From Candidatus Scalindua sp. (lineage in GTDB: Bacteria > Planctomycetota > Brocadiia > Brocadiales > Scalinduaceae), in the NCBI GenBank assembly GCA_021777035.1, contig JAIQZR010000138.1:1-32000 (forward strand): a stretch of 32,000 nucleotides of DNA. Reading direction: 5' to 3'. Within the stretch, counting starts at the first letter, position 1. Each line of letters starts with the position of its first letter. The position numbers were made by a program, and so were the translations under genes. The notes under the pieces were generated by a model, which was not told the origin of the DNA, searched no databases, and saw only the letters and a program-made list of their open reading frames with translations. Shown here in pieces: positions 16,087 through 24,556 of the stretch.

Positions 16087-17040
16087 TCAATCGTTAGTAG
16101 CATCCAGTAAAAAATCGTAACAGTTATCTCTGATTTCAAGATTGGCTCGTTGCTTCATTGCATTACGAGGATGCTGATTAAGGTGGCCACTGATTCCATA
16201 AATGTCATTAAATCCCCACTCAATCTCCTCACGCAACGGAACAAAACTTTCCTGTATTGCCTTGTATATCGGCCTGACATCAAATTTTGGATTTTTCAGG
16301 AAGTTAAGGAGGAGTTCTATATTACAGTTTCCGGCCCCACGGCCAATGCCGTTTATGGTCGCGTCAAGCAGATTCACACCATCTATAATAGCCTGCTGGG
16401 TATTTGAAAAGGCCAGTTGCTGGTTGTTGTGGGCATGGAATCCGAGTTCCTTATTCGGAGCATGCTCTTTATAAAGTTGAAGATAGCCGGTTACCTGTTC
16501 TGAATAGAATGCTCCAAAGCTGTCCACAAGGTAGAGATAGTCAACCTCACCTGCATTATTCACCTGCTGCAGGGCTTCAATCAGTTCAGTTTCTATTGCA
16601 GCGGAACAAGCCATAATGTTAATAGTAGTTTGATAACCCAGATCCTTACTGCGTTTTACCAGATCCAGCCCTTTGTCAATATCTGCAACATAACAGGCGG
16701 TACGTACCATCCCGATAACACTCTGTTCTGCTGGAAGCAATGCGGAAATATCTACCCTGTCTACATCATACATTACGGCCAGTACCGGAGGGTTCTCGCA
16801 CTCATGGGAATTAACAATATATTTGATATCATCCTCATCACAAAAATTCCATTTACCGTATTTTTCCCGTGTATATTCATCACTCACACATAGCTTCTTA
16901 CCAATCTCCATTATATCAATACCGCTATCACAGGCGGCACGATAAGCCGCTTTAACAAAATCGTCCTTGAAGTGGTAATTATTGATAAGACCTCCATCTC
17001 TGACTGTACAATCTAAAACCTTTATTTTCTCTCGAAACAT
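16087..17040 (-). CDS. HMGL-like aldolase catalytic-domain protein (pyruvate carboxyltransferase / DmpG-like fold)
   Basis: N-terminal LDCTVRDGG motif. The metal-binding segment is FHAHNNQQLAFSNTQQAIIDGVNLLDATINGIGRGAGNCNIELLL. Confidence 0.75.
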   Translation of the reverse strand: MFREKIKVLDCTVRDGGLINNYHFKDDFVKAAYRAACDSGIDIMEIGKKLCVSDEYTREKYGKWNFCDEDDIKYIVNSHECENPPVLAVMYDVDRVDISALLPAEQSVIGMVRTACYVADIDKGLDLVKRSKDLGYQTTINIMACSAAIETELIEALQQVNNAGEVDYLYLVDSFGAFYSEQVTGYLQLYKEHAPNKELGFHAHNNQQLAFSNTQQAIIDGVNLLDATINGIGRGAGNCNIELLLNFLKNPKFDVRPIYKAIQESFVPLREEIEWGFNDIYGISGHLNQHPRNAMKQRANLEIRDNCYDFLLDATND

Positions 17041-17160
17041 CTTCTCCGCTCCCGGTAAAATACCTTATATTTACTTCTGAAAAATTTAAACACTACATAC
17101 TAACGCAAACTGGCATGAAAAAACAAGTGAGAAATGTGAGAAATGTGAATACTTTGTCTA

Positions 17161-17179
17161 TTCAATAATATTTATTGAA
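17161..17179. promoter_or_regulatory. 19-bp perfect palindrome TTCAATAA-TAT-TTATTGAA in a divergent promoter region (candidate operator)
   Basis: The 8-bp arms are exact reverse complements. It lies between the divergent HMGL-like (-) and ykgJ-like (+) genes. A tandem GTGAGAAAT x2 (+GTGA) lies at 17127-17148. Confidence 0.45.
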
Positions 17180-17254
17180 ATTTGTAAAACTCCTGCTAAC
17201 ATCACCTACTTAATAAAACAAGATATATACCACAGGAAAGGGCCCGTTTTAATC

Positions 17255-17707
17255 ATGAGTAGCTCTAATTCAAGCAAGAATAATCGCACAAAAGGACATA
17301 AACAGAAGTGGTACAAAGACGGTTTAAGATTTGAGTGTCAGAGATGTGGTAGTTGTTGTAGAGGTGAACCGGGTGTTGTCTGGATGAGCAAAAAGGAAAC
17401 AAAAAACACCTCGATGTCCCTGGGTATTTCAACAGATCTGTTTACGAAAGATTATGTAAGGTTGATTAACGGGAGAATCAGTCTACTGGAGCATGATAAC
17501 GGAGACTGCGTCATGTATGACAAAGGTTGCAAGATTTATGAGACCAGGCCGAGTCAATGTAAAACATTCCCGTTCTGGAACTCTAATTTGGGAAATAGGA
17601 GTGAGTGGGAAGAGCAGAAGAAGACCTGTCCAGGTATTGGCAAAGGGAAATTACATACAGTTGAGGAGATCATAAACCGTTTAGAACCTGAATTGAGCGA
17701 TTTATGA
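17255..17707 (+). CDS. YkgJ-family cysteine-cluster (CxxCxxCC) protein
   Basis: FECQRCGSCCRGEPGVV plus downstream Cys residues (DNGDCVMYDKGCKIYETRPSQCKTFPF). Confidence 0.8.
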   Translation: MSSSNSSKNNRTKGHKQKWYKDGLRFECQRCGSCCRGEPGVVWMSKKETKNTSMSLGISTDLFTKDYVRLINGRISLLEHDNGDCVMYDKGCKIYETRPSQCKTFPFWNSNLGNRSEWEEQKKTCPGIGKGKLHTVEEIINRLEPELSDL

Positions 17708-18378
17708 TTAATGAAAATAGTAGAGCAACGGAGGATGCCTGGCCTTGTCTGAGAAAAAGAATCGGGGTGCTTGGCGGCACATTCAATCCGATACATATGG
17801 GGCATTTGAACATGGCAGAAGAGGTTTGCCGACATCATCGTTTGTCGAAAATCATTTTTATACCAGCATACATCCCTCCGCATAAATATGTAAAGAATTT
17901 GACTGAGGCGCATCATCGTTATGAAATGATCAAAGCTGCCATTCATCAAAAAAACAGGCTTGGTGTTTTTGAAGTTTCCGATCTTGAAATCAAACGTGAA
18001 GGTAAATCATATACTATAGACACTGTAGAAGAAATTTTGCACCACTATGGCGAAGAGAGTGAAATATTTTTGATTATGGGGGCTGACTCATTAAATGAAC
18101 TGGAATTATGGAAAAATATTAGAAGGCTTTCTCAACTTTGTCACTTTGTAATTGTAAATAGGCCAGGTGCTAAAGCAGTAGCTTCTACCAGACTCGTAGA
18201 AATAATAGGCAGTAATAGTATATCTGACATGGAAAAATTGAGAATAGAGATATCCCCAGTTGATATCTCATCTACAAATATAAGGAAGCGACTGAGCGAT
18301 GGCGATGAAGTCAAAAACCTTGTGCCTGAATGTGTTGAAACATATATAAAAGAACACGGTTTGTATTTACCTTCCTGA
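17704..18378 (+). CDS. nadD: Nicotinate-nucleotide adenylyltransferase
   Basis: GVLGGTFNPIHMGH (HxGH-type nucleotidyltransferase motif) and the C-terminal ISSTNIR motif. It has a 4-nt ATGA overlap with the upstream gene. Confidence 0.88.
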   Translation: MINENSRATEDAWPCLRKRIGVLGGTFNPIHMGHLNMAEEVCRHHRLSKIIFIPAYIPPHKYVKNLTEAHHRYEMIKAAIHQKNRLGVFEVSDLEIKREGKSYTIDTVEEILHHYGEESEIFLIMGADSLNELELWKNIRRLSQLCHFVIVNRPGAKAVASTRLVEIIGSNSISDMEKLRIEISPVDISSTNIRKRLSDGDEVKNLVPECVETYIKEHGLYLPS

Positions 18379-18561
18379 ATGATCCGGTCAGACAGGTGTT
18401 GTGATGTAAAAATAATGTAACCGTTTGCGGGATACCAGCTAAACCCTATTGCAAAAGATCACAACCCCATATAATCCCCCTTTTTTAAGGGAGTTATAAA
18501 AACCTAACGAATAATACATTGCCTGGTTTCCCAGGTTACGTGAACGGTTACAAAAAAACAC

Positions 18562-18590
18562 TTGACTAAGAAACTTAGTCCATTTAGACT
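18562..18590 (+). promoter_or_regulatory. Candidate sigma70-type promoter with embedded palindromic operator for the phd-vapC module
   Basis: TTGACT (18562-18567), a 17-nt spacer, then TAGACT (18585-18590). The palindrome ACTAAG-AAA-CTTAGT (18565-18579) overlaps the -35 and spacer. The ATG at 18599 is only 9 nt from the -10 and has no Shine-Dalgarno sequence. Confidence 0.45.
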
Positions 18591-18598
18591 ATCTCATT

Positions 18599-18829
18599 AT
18601 GACCATAGTATCAATCCATGAAGCAAAGACTCATTTCTCCAGACTGATTCAAAGAGCGTTAGCCGGAGAGGAAATTATTGTATCCAAAGGCAAGGAACCG
18701 GTTGTCAGAATTGTACCTATCCCAGAAGCGAAAAAAAAGAGATTACCTGGTGGAGCAAAAGGAATAGTTAGGCAAATTTCTCCGAATTTTGACGATCCTC
18801 TCGAGGAATTCAGGGAAAGTATGCAATGA
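18599..18829 (+). CDS. Phd/YefM-family type II antitoxin
   Basis: MTIVSIHEAKTHFSRLIQRALAGEEIIVSKGKEPVVRIVPI is the classic Phd/YefM N-terminus. It has a 4-nt overlap with the downstream PIN gene. Confidence 0.85.
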   Translation: MTIVSIHEAKTHFSRLIQRALAGEEIIVSKGKEPVVRIVPIPEAKKKRLPGGAKGIVRQISPNFDDPLEEFRESMQ

Positions 18830-19212
18830 GATATTTACTGGACACACATGTAATGCTGTGGTTCCTGGAAGACTCCAATGAATTAAGCAAAAAATCAAGA
18901 AAACTCCTCGTGGATAGTGAAAATGAACTTTTTTGGAGTTCGGTAAGTTTTTGGGAAATTACCGTAAAGGTTTCTTTGGGGAAGCTCGAATTAGAAAAAG
19001 ACTGGCAGAAGCAACTCGAACGGGAGAAAAAAACGAATAGGATCCAGGATTTACCTGTCTATCAAAAGCATTGCGAACCTCACTTGAGTTTACCGTGGCA
19101 CCATAGAGATCCTTTTGATAGATTACTTATCTGTCAGGCCATTTCAGAAGATTTAGTTCTCATAACAAGAGATAAAACCATACGAAAGTACAAAGTGCAA
19201 ACTATATGGTAA
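18826..19212 (+). CDS. vapC: PIN-domain ribonuclease toxin (VapC family)
   Basis: The PIN acidic residues are in context: LLDTHV, FWEITVK, HRDPFDRLL, LITRD. Confidence 0.85.
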   Translation: MRYLLDTHVMLWFLEDSNELSKKSRKLLVDSENELFWSSVSFWEITVKVSLGKLELEKDWQKQLEREKKTNRIQDLPVYQKHCEPHLSLPWHHRDPFDRLLICQAISEDLVLITRDKTIRKYKVQTIW

Positions 19213-19366
19213 TAAAGCTTTCGTTTGAAATGAAGCAATGTCAATCCAAACTTGATGAAAGCAGGTATTTTACAATCGACATGAATACCGTATGAGGCAA
19301 CATATATTTGAACACATGAGAACGGTGAACACATAGGTACATCTCTACATAAAATGGTGAAAATTT

Positions 19367-20773
19367 ATGAATCGTTTATTCCGTTTCTGGTGGTTTCCAC
19401 TTGTGTTGCAGGTCATGACACTTGCAGTGTTCGTGTTACTGATTATTGACGGTTTCCTGGCGAACACTGACGACATGGCATTTGCCCAGGTTCTCCGGAA
19501 TACGAACCTGGCAAATCTGATTGTCTGGTCGTACTGGTGGCCAGTGATTATTATCTCGGCAATCTTCTTCGGGAGAATCTGGTGCATGGTCTGCCCGATG
19601 GAATTACTTACTTCGCTTGCTGCACGAATCGGCCTGAAGCAGAAACCAAACCGATTTGTACGATCAGGCTGGATTACTACCCTATTCTACATATCAATCA
19701 TGTTCATTGGCATACACACCCTTTCCATCCACCGTGTACCGTTTCGGATGTCTATCTACCTGTTGGCCCTACTAGCGGTGACCGTTATAGTCGGCTTACT
19801 ATTTTCCAAAAATACTTTCTGCGCCTATATCTGTCCGGTAGGACACCTGCTGGGACTGTATGCCCGCCTTGCACCATTTGGTTGGTCTACAGGTAATCGT
19901 TCGATATGCAGTAACTGCAAAGACCACTCTTGTACCGCCAGTGCAAATGTATATGTTTTTCAGGGTCGTAGTTGCGGTGTTGGCCTGGATCCCGCACATA
20001 TTGACGACAACACAAACTGCCTGCTGTGTGGACAGTGCGTAAAGTCATGCGATCACAATAACCCAGGTATTGAAGGAAGGCCCAATCCGGGATGGTTTGT
20101 ACGTCCCTGGTTTAAGGACATTTTTGCGCTCAAGCCGATGACTGCCGCCCAGACAGCGTTCTGCCTTGTTGTTTCCGGCTTCACCGTTTATGAAGTATTT
20201 ACAGAATGGAAGGTCACTAAAAACCTACTACTTTGGATGCCGGATAATGTAAACATGTGGCTCGGCACAGGGAACACCTGGTCACATGGGTTGGTCAAAT
20301 CATTGATACTATTCGTGTTCCTGCCGGCTATAGTCTGGCTGTCTCCGTATGGCTTGTTCAGATTAGCAGGTGGAAAACTGCCTATCAAAAAATTCCTCTG
20401 CATTTTCGGAATAGCGTTCATCCCGATCATGGCTTCAGCACACGCGGTTAAAGCAATGCTCAAAACTACATCACGTATTCCGTACTGGGAAAATGCCTTC
20501 CCTGATCCTGTTGGTGTGATGACTGCAAGAGGTATTCTGGACAAATCTCTCCAACTTGCATGCATACCCGCATGGAGAGAACCTGTGGTAACGGTACTGT
20601 CACTGGTTTTAGTGTGCTGTGGCATAGCGGTCAGCACAGTTGCCATTCACAAGCTCACAATAACTCATATACATAACTCCGGGCACCGTGCATGGGCACT
20701 CTATCTCATCCCAGGTTTTTATGGCGGAGCATTCGCGGCCATGATCTGCATGTGGCGTCTGAATTTAATGTAA
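19367..20773 (+). CDS. Polytopic membrane protein with Fe-S cluster motifs (NapH/NosR/MauN-type polyferredoxin-like)
   Basis: Multiple hydrophobic helices. Two CxxxCP motifs, GRIWCMVCPM and FCAYICPVGH. Ferredoxin-type CLLCGQCVKSC plus CSNCKDHSC. Confidence 0.7.
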   Translation: MNRLFRFWWFPLVLQVMTLAVFVLLIIDGFLANTDDMAFAQVLRNTNLANLIVWSYWWPVIIISAIFFGRIWCMVCPMELLTSLAARIGLKQKPNRFVRSGWITTLFYISIMFIGIHTLSIHRVPFRMSIYLLALLAVTVIVGLLFSKNTFCAYICPVGHLLGLYARLAPFGWSTGNRSICSNCKDHSCTASANVYVFQGRSCGVGLDPAHIDDNTNCLLCGQCVKSCDHNNPGIEGRPNPGWFVRPWFKDIFALKPMTAAQTAFCLVVSGFTVYEVFTEWKVTKNLLLWMPDNVNMWLGTGNTWSHGLVKSLILFVFLPAIVWLSPYGLFRLAGGKLPIKKFLCIFGIAFIPIMASAHAVKAMLKTTSRIPYWENAFPDPVGVMTARGILDKSLQLACIPAWREPVVTVLSLVLVCCGIAVSTVAIHKLTITHIHNSGHRAWALYLIPGFYGGAFAAMICMWRLNLM

Positions 20774-21417
20774 CATACCAAAGAGGAATGGAGTAGTATC
20801 AAAGTCGAAGATCCAAGCCGCAAGCATATGAGATTGAAGATTCATGAATCAGAAATACTGCTCAACAAAACAACAAGATATTTCAGACAAATTGCCGTAT
20901 CAGGCAATGGTCATGAAAAAGAGGCATTTATCTTAACCAATGATAGAAAGCGTACTGCCTCACAAATAATCAGACAATATGGAAAACGTTGGAATATAGA
21001 AAAAGGAATTTCAGAGCAAATCATTATCATCCGGTTAGGTTTTTGCGAGTACGGCTTTTTTTATACTCGAATCGTCAGCAGAGACGTAGGGCGAGGCTTT
21101 AGCCTTGCATTTATGCACAAAAGCAAACCTAAAGGATTGCCCTACGTGTTACACGCAAAAACCTAACCGGATGATGCTGAGAGCAAATAGAGTTTTTTCA
21201 CCTTAACAAACTCTCATCGTCCATAGTGGTAAAGGTGGATTTTAATTTAACTATGACTATAGCGGCACATAATTTCTACCGCGTAATTGCTATGGAGCTT
21301 GCTGGGTTTGAGAATGAAACATCAGGAAGTTTAAGCAGTAAGTTTTTTGACAATGGGGGTCAATTCAAAATTGAGAACGGATCCAATGTCATTGGCAAGT
21401 TGATTTTAAGCACCTAA
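20774..21417 (+). pseudogene. C-terminal remnant of a DDE transposase (IS4/IS5-superfamily type), interrupted by a MITE
   Basis: The frame is open from 20774 with no N-terminal part. It carries the YGKRWNIE (Y-x2-R-x3-E) motif. Removing 21022-21188 restores a continuous frame, ...GISEQIEFFHLNKLSSSIVVKVDFNLTMTIAAHNFYRVIA..., which joins track ORFs 20828-21166 and 21226-21417. Confidence 0.8.
21022..21179. mobile_element. 158-bp MITE-like insertion with 26-bp terminal inverted repeats and 9-bp target-site duplication
   Basis: The TIRs are CATTATCATCCGGTTAGGTTTTTGCG (21022-21047) and CGCAAAAACCTAACCGGATGATGCTG (21154-21179), matching at 24 of 26 positions. The flanking direct repeat AGAGCAAAT occurs at 21013-21021 and 21180-21188. 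Internal palindromes are ACGTAGGGC/GCCCTACGT and AGGCT-TT-AGCCT. Confidence 0.85.
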
Positions 21418-22883
21418 GGCGATTCCAAAATTGCCGTTTCACCAATTCCTTTTTCTTCATTAATAATTGCAACATCCGCACCGTGACCAACGTCATCTTG
21501 TCCAACAGTAATAACTCTGTCACTCTCTTTGAGACCGGTTAATACTTCTACATAATTACCCTCTTTAAAACCGAGTGTGATTTTTGTCTTAAACGCTTTT
21601 GTTTCCACATCAAAACTAACATTTTTTTTCTCTAATACTGGAGAGTCATTATTATCATAGAAAGAGACCGTTACGAATTCTTTACCTATATTGCTAATTA
21701 TAGCTTCCGTCGCTTCAATTGTAATATTGTATATTGAGTCATCTTCATGACTTTTTGAAACGTCTACAATTTTTCCGTGGAGTGATGAATCAATCTTTTT
21801 TTCTTCTTTTACTGTACTTCTTTGTTCACATACAGCACGACTTCCCATAGTCAATCGTTTAACTTCGTTAGAGTCAACACTTATTACAACAAAGTCCTTC
21901 ACAACAAATACCTCATCAGCTTCTGCCTCAAGGATCAGCGACTTCTTTGGTATCAGCAGGGCATCTTGATGTTGATCTACTATCGTGAAAACAGAGGCAA
22001 ACATTCCCGGTCTCAAAGCCCCACCTAATAAATCTTTCATTTCTATTGTCGCCTTCACGGTACCACTATCGGGATCAACGACCGGGCTTACCATCTTCAC
22101 CCTGCCCATGAACTCTATACCAGGTAGAAACTCTGAAACAACTCTTGCCGATTGCCCCTCTACTACTTTGTTAACGTCCTTCTCCGGTATGAAAATCCTT
22201 GCCAGTATTGGATCAAAATCCGCAATCTTAAACACCATCTGGCCCTTCTCGATGTTATAACCTTCTTCTATATTTCTCTCAACAATGACACCATCAATGG
22301 GAGACTCAATTGTAGTATACTCATATTCCAACTGCTTTCTTTCAAGTTCTACAGTCGCAATTTCAAGTTGAAACCTCTTGTCTTCGAATTCCTCTTTGCT
22401 GATAATATTTTCTTTGAAATTACCCAAAGAGTTTTTGTAAACTCTGTCAGCATTTTCCTTCTTCAATGTTGCATCCCTGAGTGCCAACAGGGCTTCATCA
22501 TCTTCAAGTTTCGCAAGTAACGTACCGGATTTCACGTAGTCACCTTCCTCTACCAGGATATTTAATACAATACCGGAAGTCTTTGCTTCTACATCAACCT
22601 GTTTCTCTGGTTCAAGTGTACAATTATTAACTAAAAAAATCTCAATATTGCTCCTTTTCACCGGTATCGCTTCAACAGGAACCGCCTCAGAATTTTTTCC
22701 ATAATTTCCGGAATATGCCCTATGTTTACTTTCAACTTTTTTTTCTTCTTTTTGCAAATTATTTACCTGTAAATCATGTGGGTTTTTTGTATCCTTCCAG
22801 ACAGTTAGCTTCAACGCCAGAAGGGTTACTGCCACAGTACCTATACAGATAAGAACTATCCTAGTGACTGATTTTGGTTTCAT
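21414..22883 (-). CDS. Efflux transporter periplasmic adaptor (membrane fusion protein, HlyD/RND-MFP family)
   Basis: N-terminal membrane anchor (IVLICIGTVAVTLLALKL). Lipoyl-like hairpin VEAKTSGIVLNILVEEGDYVKSGTLLAKLEDDEA. Coiled-coil segment. Beta-barrel segment ARIFIPEKDVNKVVEGQSARV...GRVKMVSPVVDPDSGTVKATIEM. C-terminal segment VEVLTGLKESDRVITVG. Confidence 0.82.
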   Translation of the reverse strand: MKPKSVTRIVLICIGTVAVTLLALKLTVWKDTKNPHDLQVNNLQKEEKKVESKHRAYSGNYGKNSEAVPVEAIPVKRSNIEIFLVNNCTLEPEKQVDVEAKTSGIVLNILVEEGDYVKSGTLLAKLEDDEALLALRDATLKKENADRVYKNSLGNFKENIISKEEFEDKRFQLEIATVELERKQLEYEYTTIESPIDGVIVERNIEEGYNIEKGQMVFKIADFDPILARIFIPEKDVNKVVEGQSARVVSEFLPGIEFMGRVKMVSPVVDPDSGTVKATIEMKDLLGGALRPGMFASVFTIVDQHQDALLIPKKSLILEAEADEVFVVKDFVVISVDSNEVKRLTMGSRAVCEQRSTVKEEKKIDSSLHGKIVDVSKSHEDDSIYNITIEATEAIISNIGKEFVTVSFYDNNDSPVLEKKNVSFDVETKAFKTKITLGFKEGNYVEVLTGLKESDRVITVGQDDVGHGADVAIINEEKGIGETAILESP

Positions 22884-23167
22884 GATCCACTGCCTATTAA
22901 AACGTTTTGGGCCTTCTTAAAATATGTTTCTCGGTATAGCCATCGGATAATTCTTTACTCTGTAAACATTTAAATGAAGTAAATGGTTCCGGGATTGGAT
23001 CTGGCTAAGTGCGGTTTTAACATACTGTATTTGCGATTCAGCATCAAATATGAGAGTAGCACCATATGTGATTTGGTTTGGGACAGATATGAGGTGAATA
23101 TTATGTAAAATAGCTTATATATGTTTAACACAATTACCTGCCCGGCTTTGGCAGACGACTTAGCCTA

Positions 23168-24418
23168 TTATGCGCTTTTACGGAACTTTTTCGGTATAAG
23201 GGAAGTTTCTCCTGCTACAACTTCCGGTGTCACTACATATGTTGATCCTTTCCCTTCTGTAGGTAAGTCAAACATAGCATCCAGCATGAATCCCTCAAAA
23301 ATAGAACGTAATGCCCTGGCCCCAGTCTTTCGTTTCAGGGCCATCTTACTTACTTCCCCCAATGCCGCTTTTGGAAATTCAAGTACTGCGTTTTCCATCT
23401 CAAAGATTTTTTGATACTGCTTGACAATAGCATTTTTAGGCTCCAGCATAATCCTGATCAAGTCATCCTGACTATGTGGCATCAATGTCGTGAGTACGTG
23501 GAGTCTGCCAATAAACTCACGGATCATGCCATATTTGATTAAATCATTCATTTCAATTTCAGAAAGAATTTCGCCAGTAGATTTGTCCTCTGCACGATCC
23601 ATAGTGGCACCAAATCCTATTGCCTTTTCGCCTATCCTTGTTTTTATTATTTCCTCTATCCCACTGAATGTTCCACCGCAGATAAACAGGATATCTTTAG
23701 TATCCATTTGTATATATTTCTGCTCAGGATGCTTCCTTCCTCCCTGTGGAGGCACATTGATGATAGACTGCTCAAACATTTTAAGTAGTGATTGCTGCAC
23801 ACCTTCACCGGAAACATCTCGCGTGATAGATGCGCTTTGATCCTTTCTTGCAATCTTGTCTATCTCATCGATATAGACAATTCCCTGCTGTGCTCTATCC
23901 ACATCAAAATCAGCATCCCTCAGCAATCTTAGAAGCACATTTTCTACATCCTCACCAACATAGCCGGCTTCAGTAAAAGTAGTCGCATCGGTAATAGCAA
24001 ACGGCACGTCAAGAATTCCAGCAAGTATTTTAACCAACAAGGTTTTTCCAGAACCTGTGGGCCCTACAAGAAGAACATTGCTTTTCTCCAGTTCCACACC
24101 ATCGTCAGTAACTTCTGAAGCCAATCTTTTGTAGTGATTATGAACCGCCACCGCTAAGACTCTTTTTGCTCTTTCCTGTCCAATAATGTACTCGTCTAAA
24201 CGCTCCTTGACATATAACGGAGTTGGTATTTTTCTCTTTAAACGAGTTGAGGTTTTTTCTTTATCTTTTTGGATAAGGGTAAAACAAGCCTCAATACATT
24301 CGTTACAGATGTATACATTGCGATCACCCTGTATTAATCTTTTGACAACATTATAATTTCTGCCGCAAAAGGAGCATGACATAGACCTACCCTTCTTATC
24401 CTTGGCTTTTTTGTCCAT
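23168..24418 (-). CDS. clpX: ATP-dependent Clp protease ATP-binding subunit ClpX
   Basis: N-terminal zinc finger [31 protein letters not shown]. Walker A GPTGSGKT, Walker [10 protein letters not shown]. Further ClpX-specific segments include GARALRSI. Confidence 0.95.
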   Translation of the reverse strand: MDKKAKDKKGRSMSCSFCGRNYNVVKRLIQGDRNVYICNECIEACFTLIQKDKEKTSTRLKRKIPTPLYVKERLDEYIIGQERAKRVLAVAVHNHYKRLASEVTDDGVELEKSNVLLVGPTGSGKTLLVKILAGILDVPFAITDATTFTEAGYVGEDVENVLLRLLRDADFDVDRAQQGIVYIDEIDKIARKDQSASITRDVSGEGVQQSLLKMFEQSIINVPPQGGRKHPEQKYIQMDTKDILFICGGTFSGIEEIIKTRIGEKAIGFGATMDRAEDKSTGEILSEIEMNDLIKYGMIREFIGRLHVLTTLMPHSQDDLIRIMLEPKNAIVKQYQKIFEMENAVLEFPKAALGEVSKMALKRKTGARALRSIFEGFMLDAMFDLPTEGKGSTYVVTPEVVAGETSLIPKKFRKSA

Positions 24419-24556
24419 CTCTTTTTCTCCTTATATATATCGTTCGTCCTATGTAAATATAATAGATAGGTATGTATGCTAACAAAAAGCAACTTACAAA
24501 TCCAGTTTTTTTGGGTCTCCTGAATTTGATCAGCCCCATATATCTTGACATTCAAG

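Noticed and set aside
16150-16893. Plus-strand ORFs within the HMGL-like gene region
   Set aside because: They are antisense to a 317-aa ORF with clear aldolase motifs, and their translations are low-complexity.
19537-20646. Internal and antisense ORFs within the polyferredoxin gene, and similar ones within clpX (23121-23853), the adaptor gene (21822-22520) and the 710-aa gene (24646-25681)
   Set aside because: All are nested in longer ORFs that have coherent domain or topology signals. They are typical shadow ORFs.
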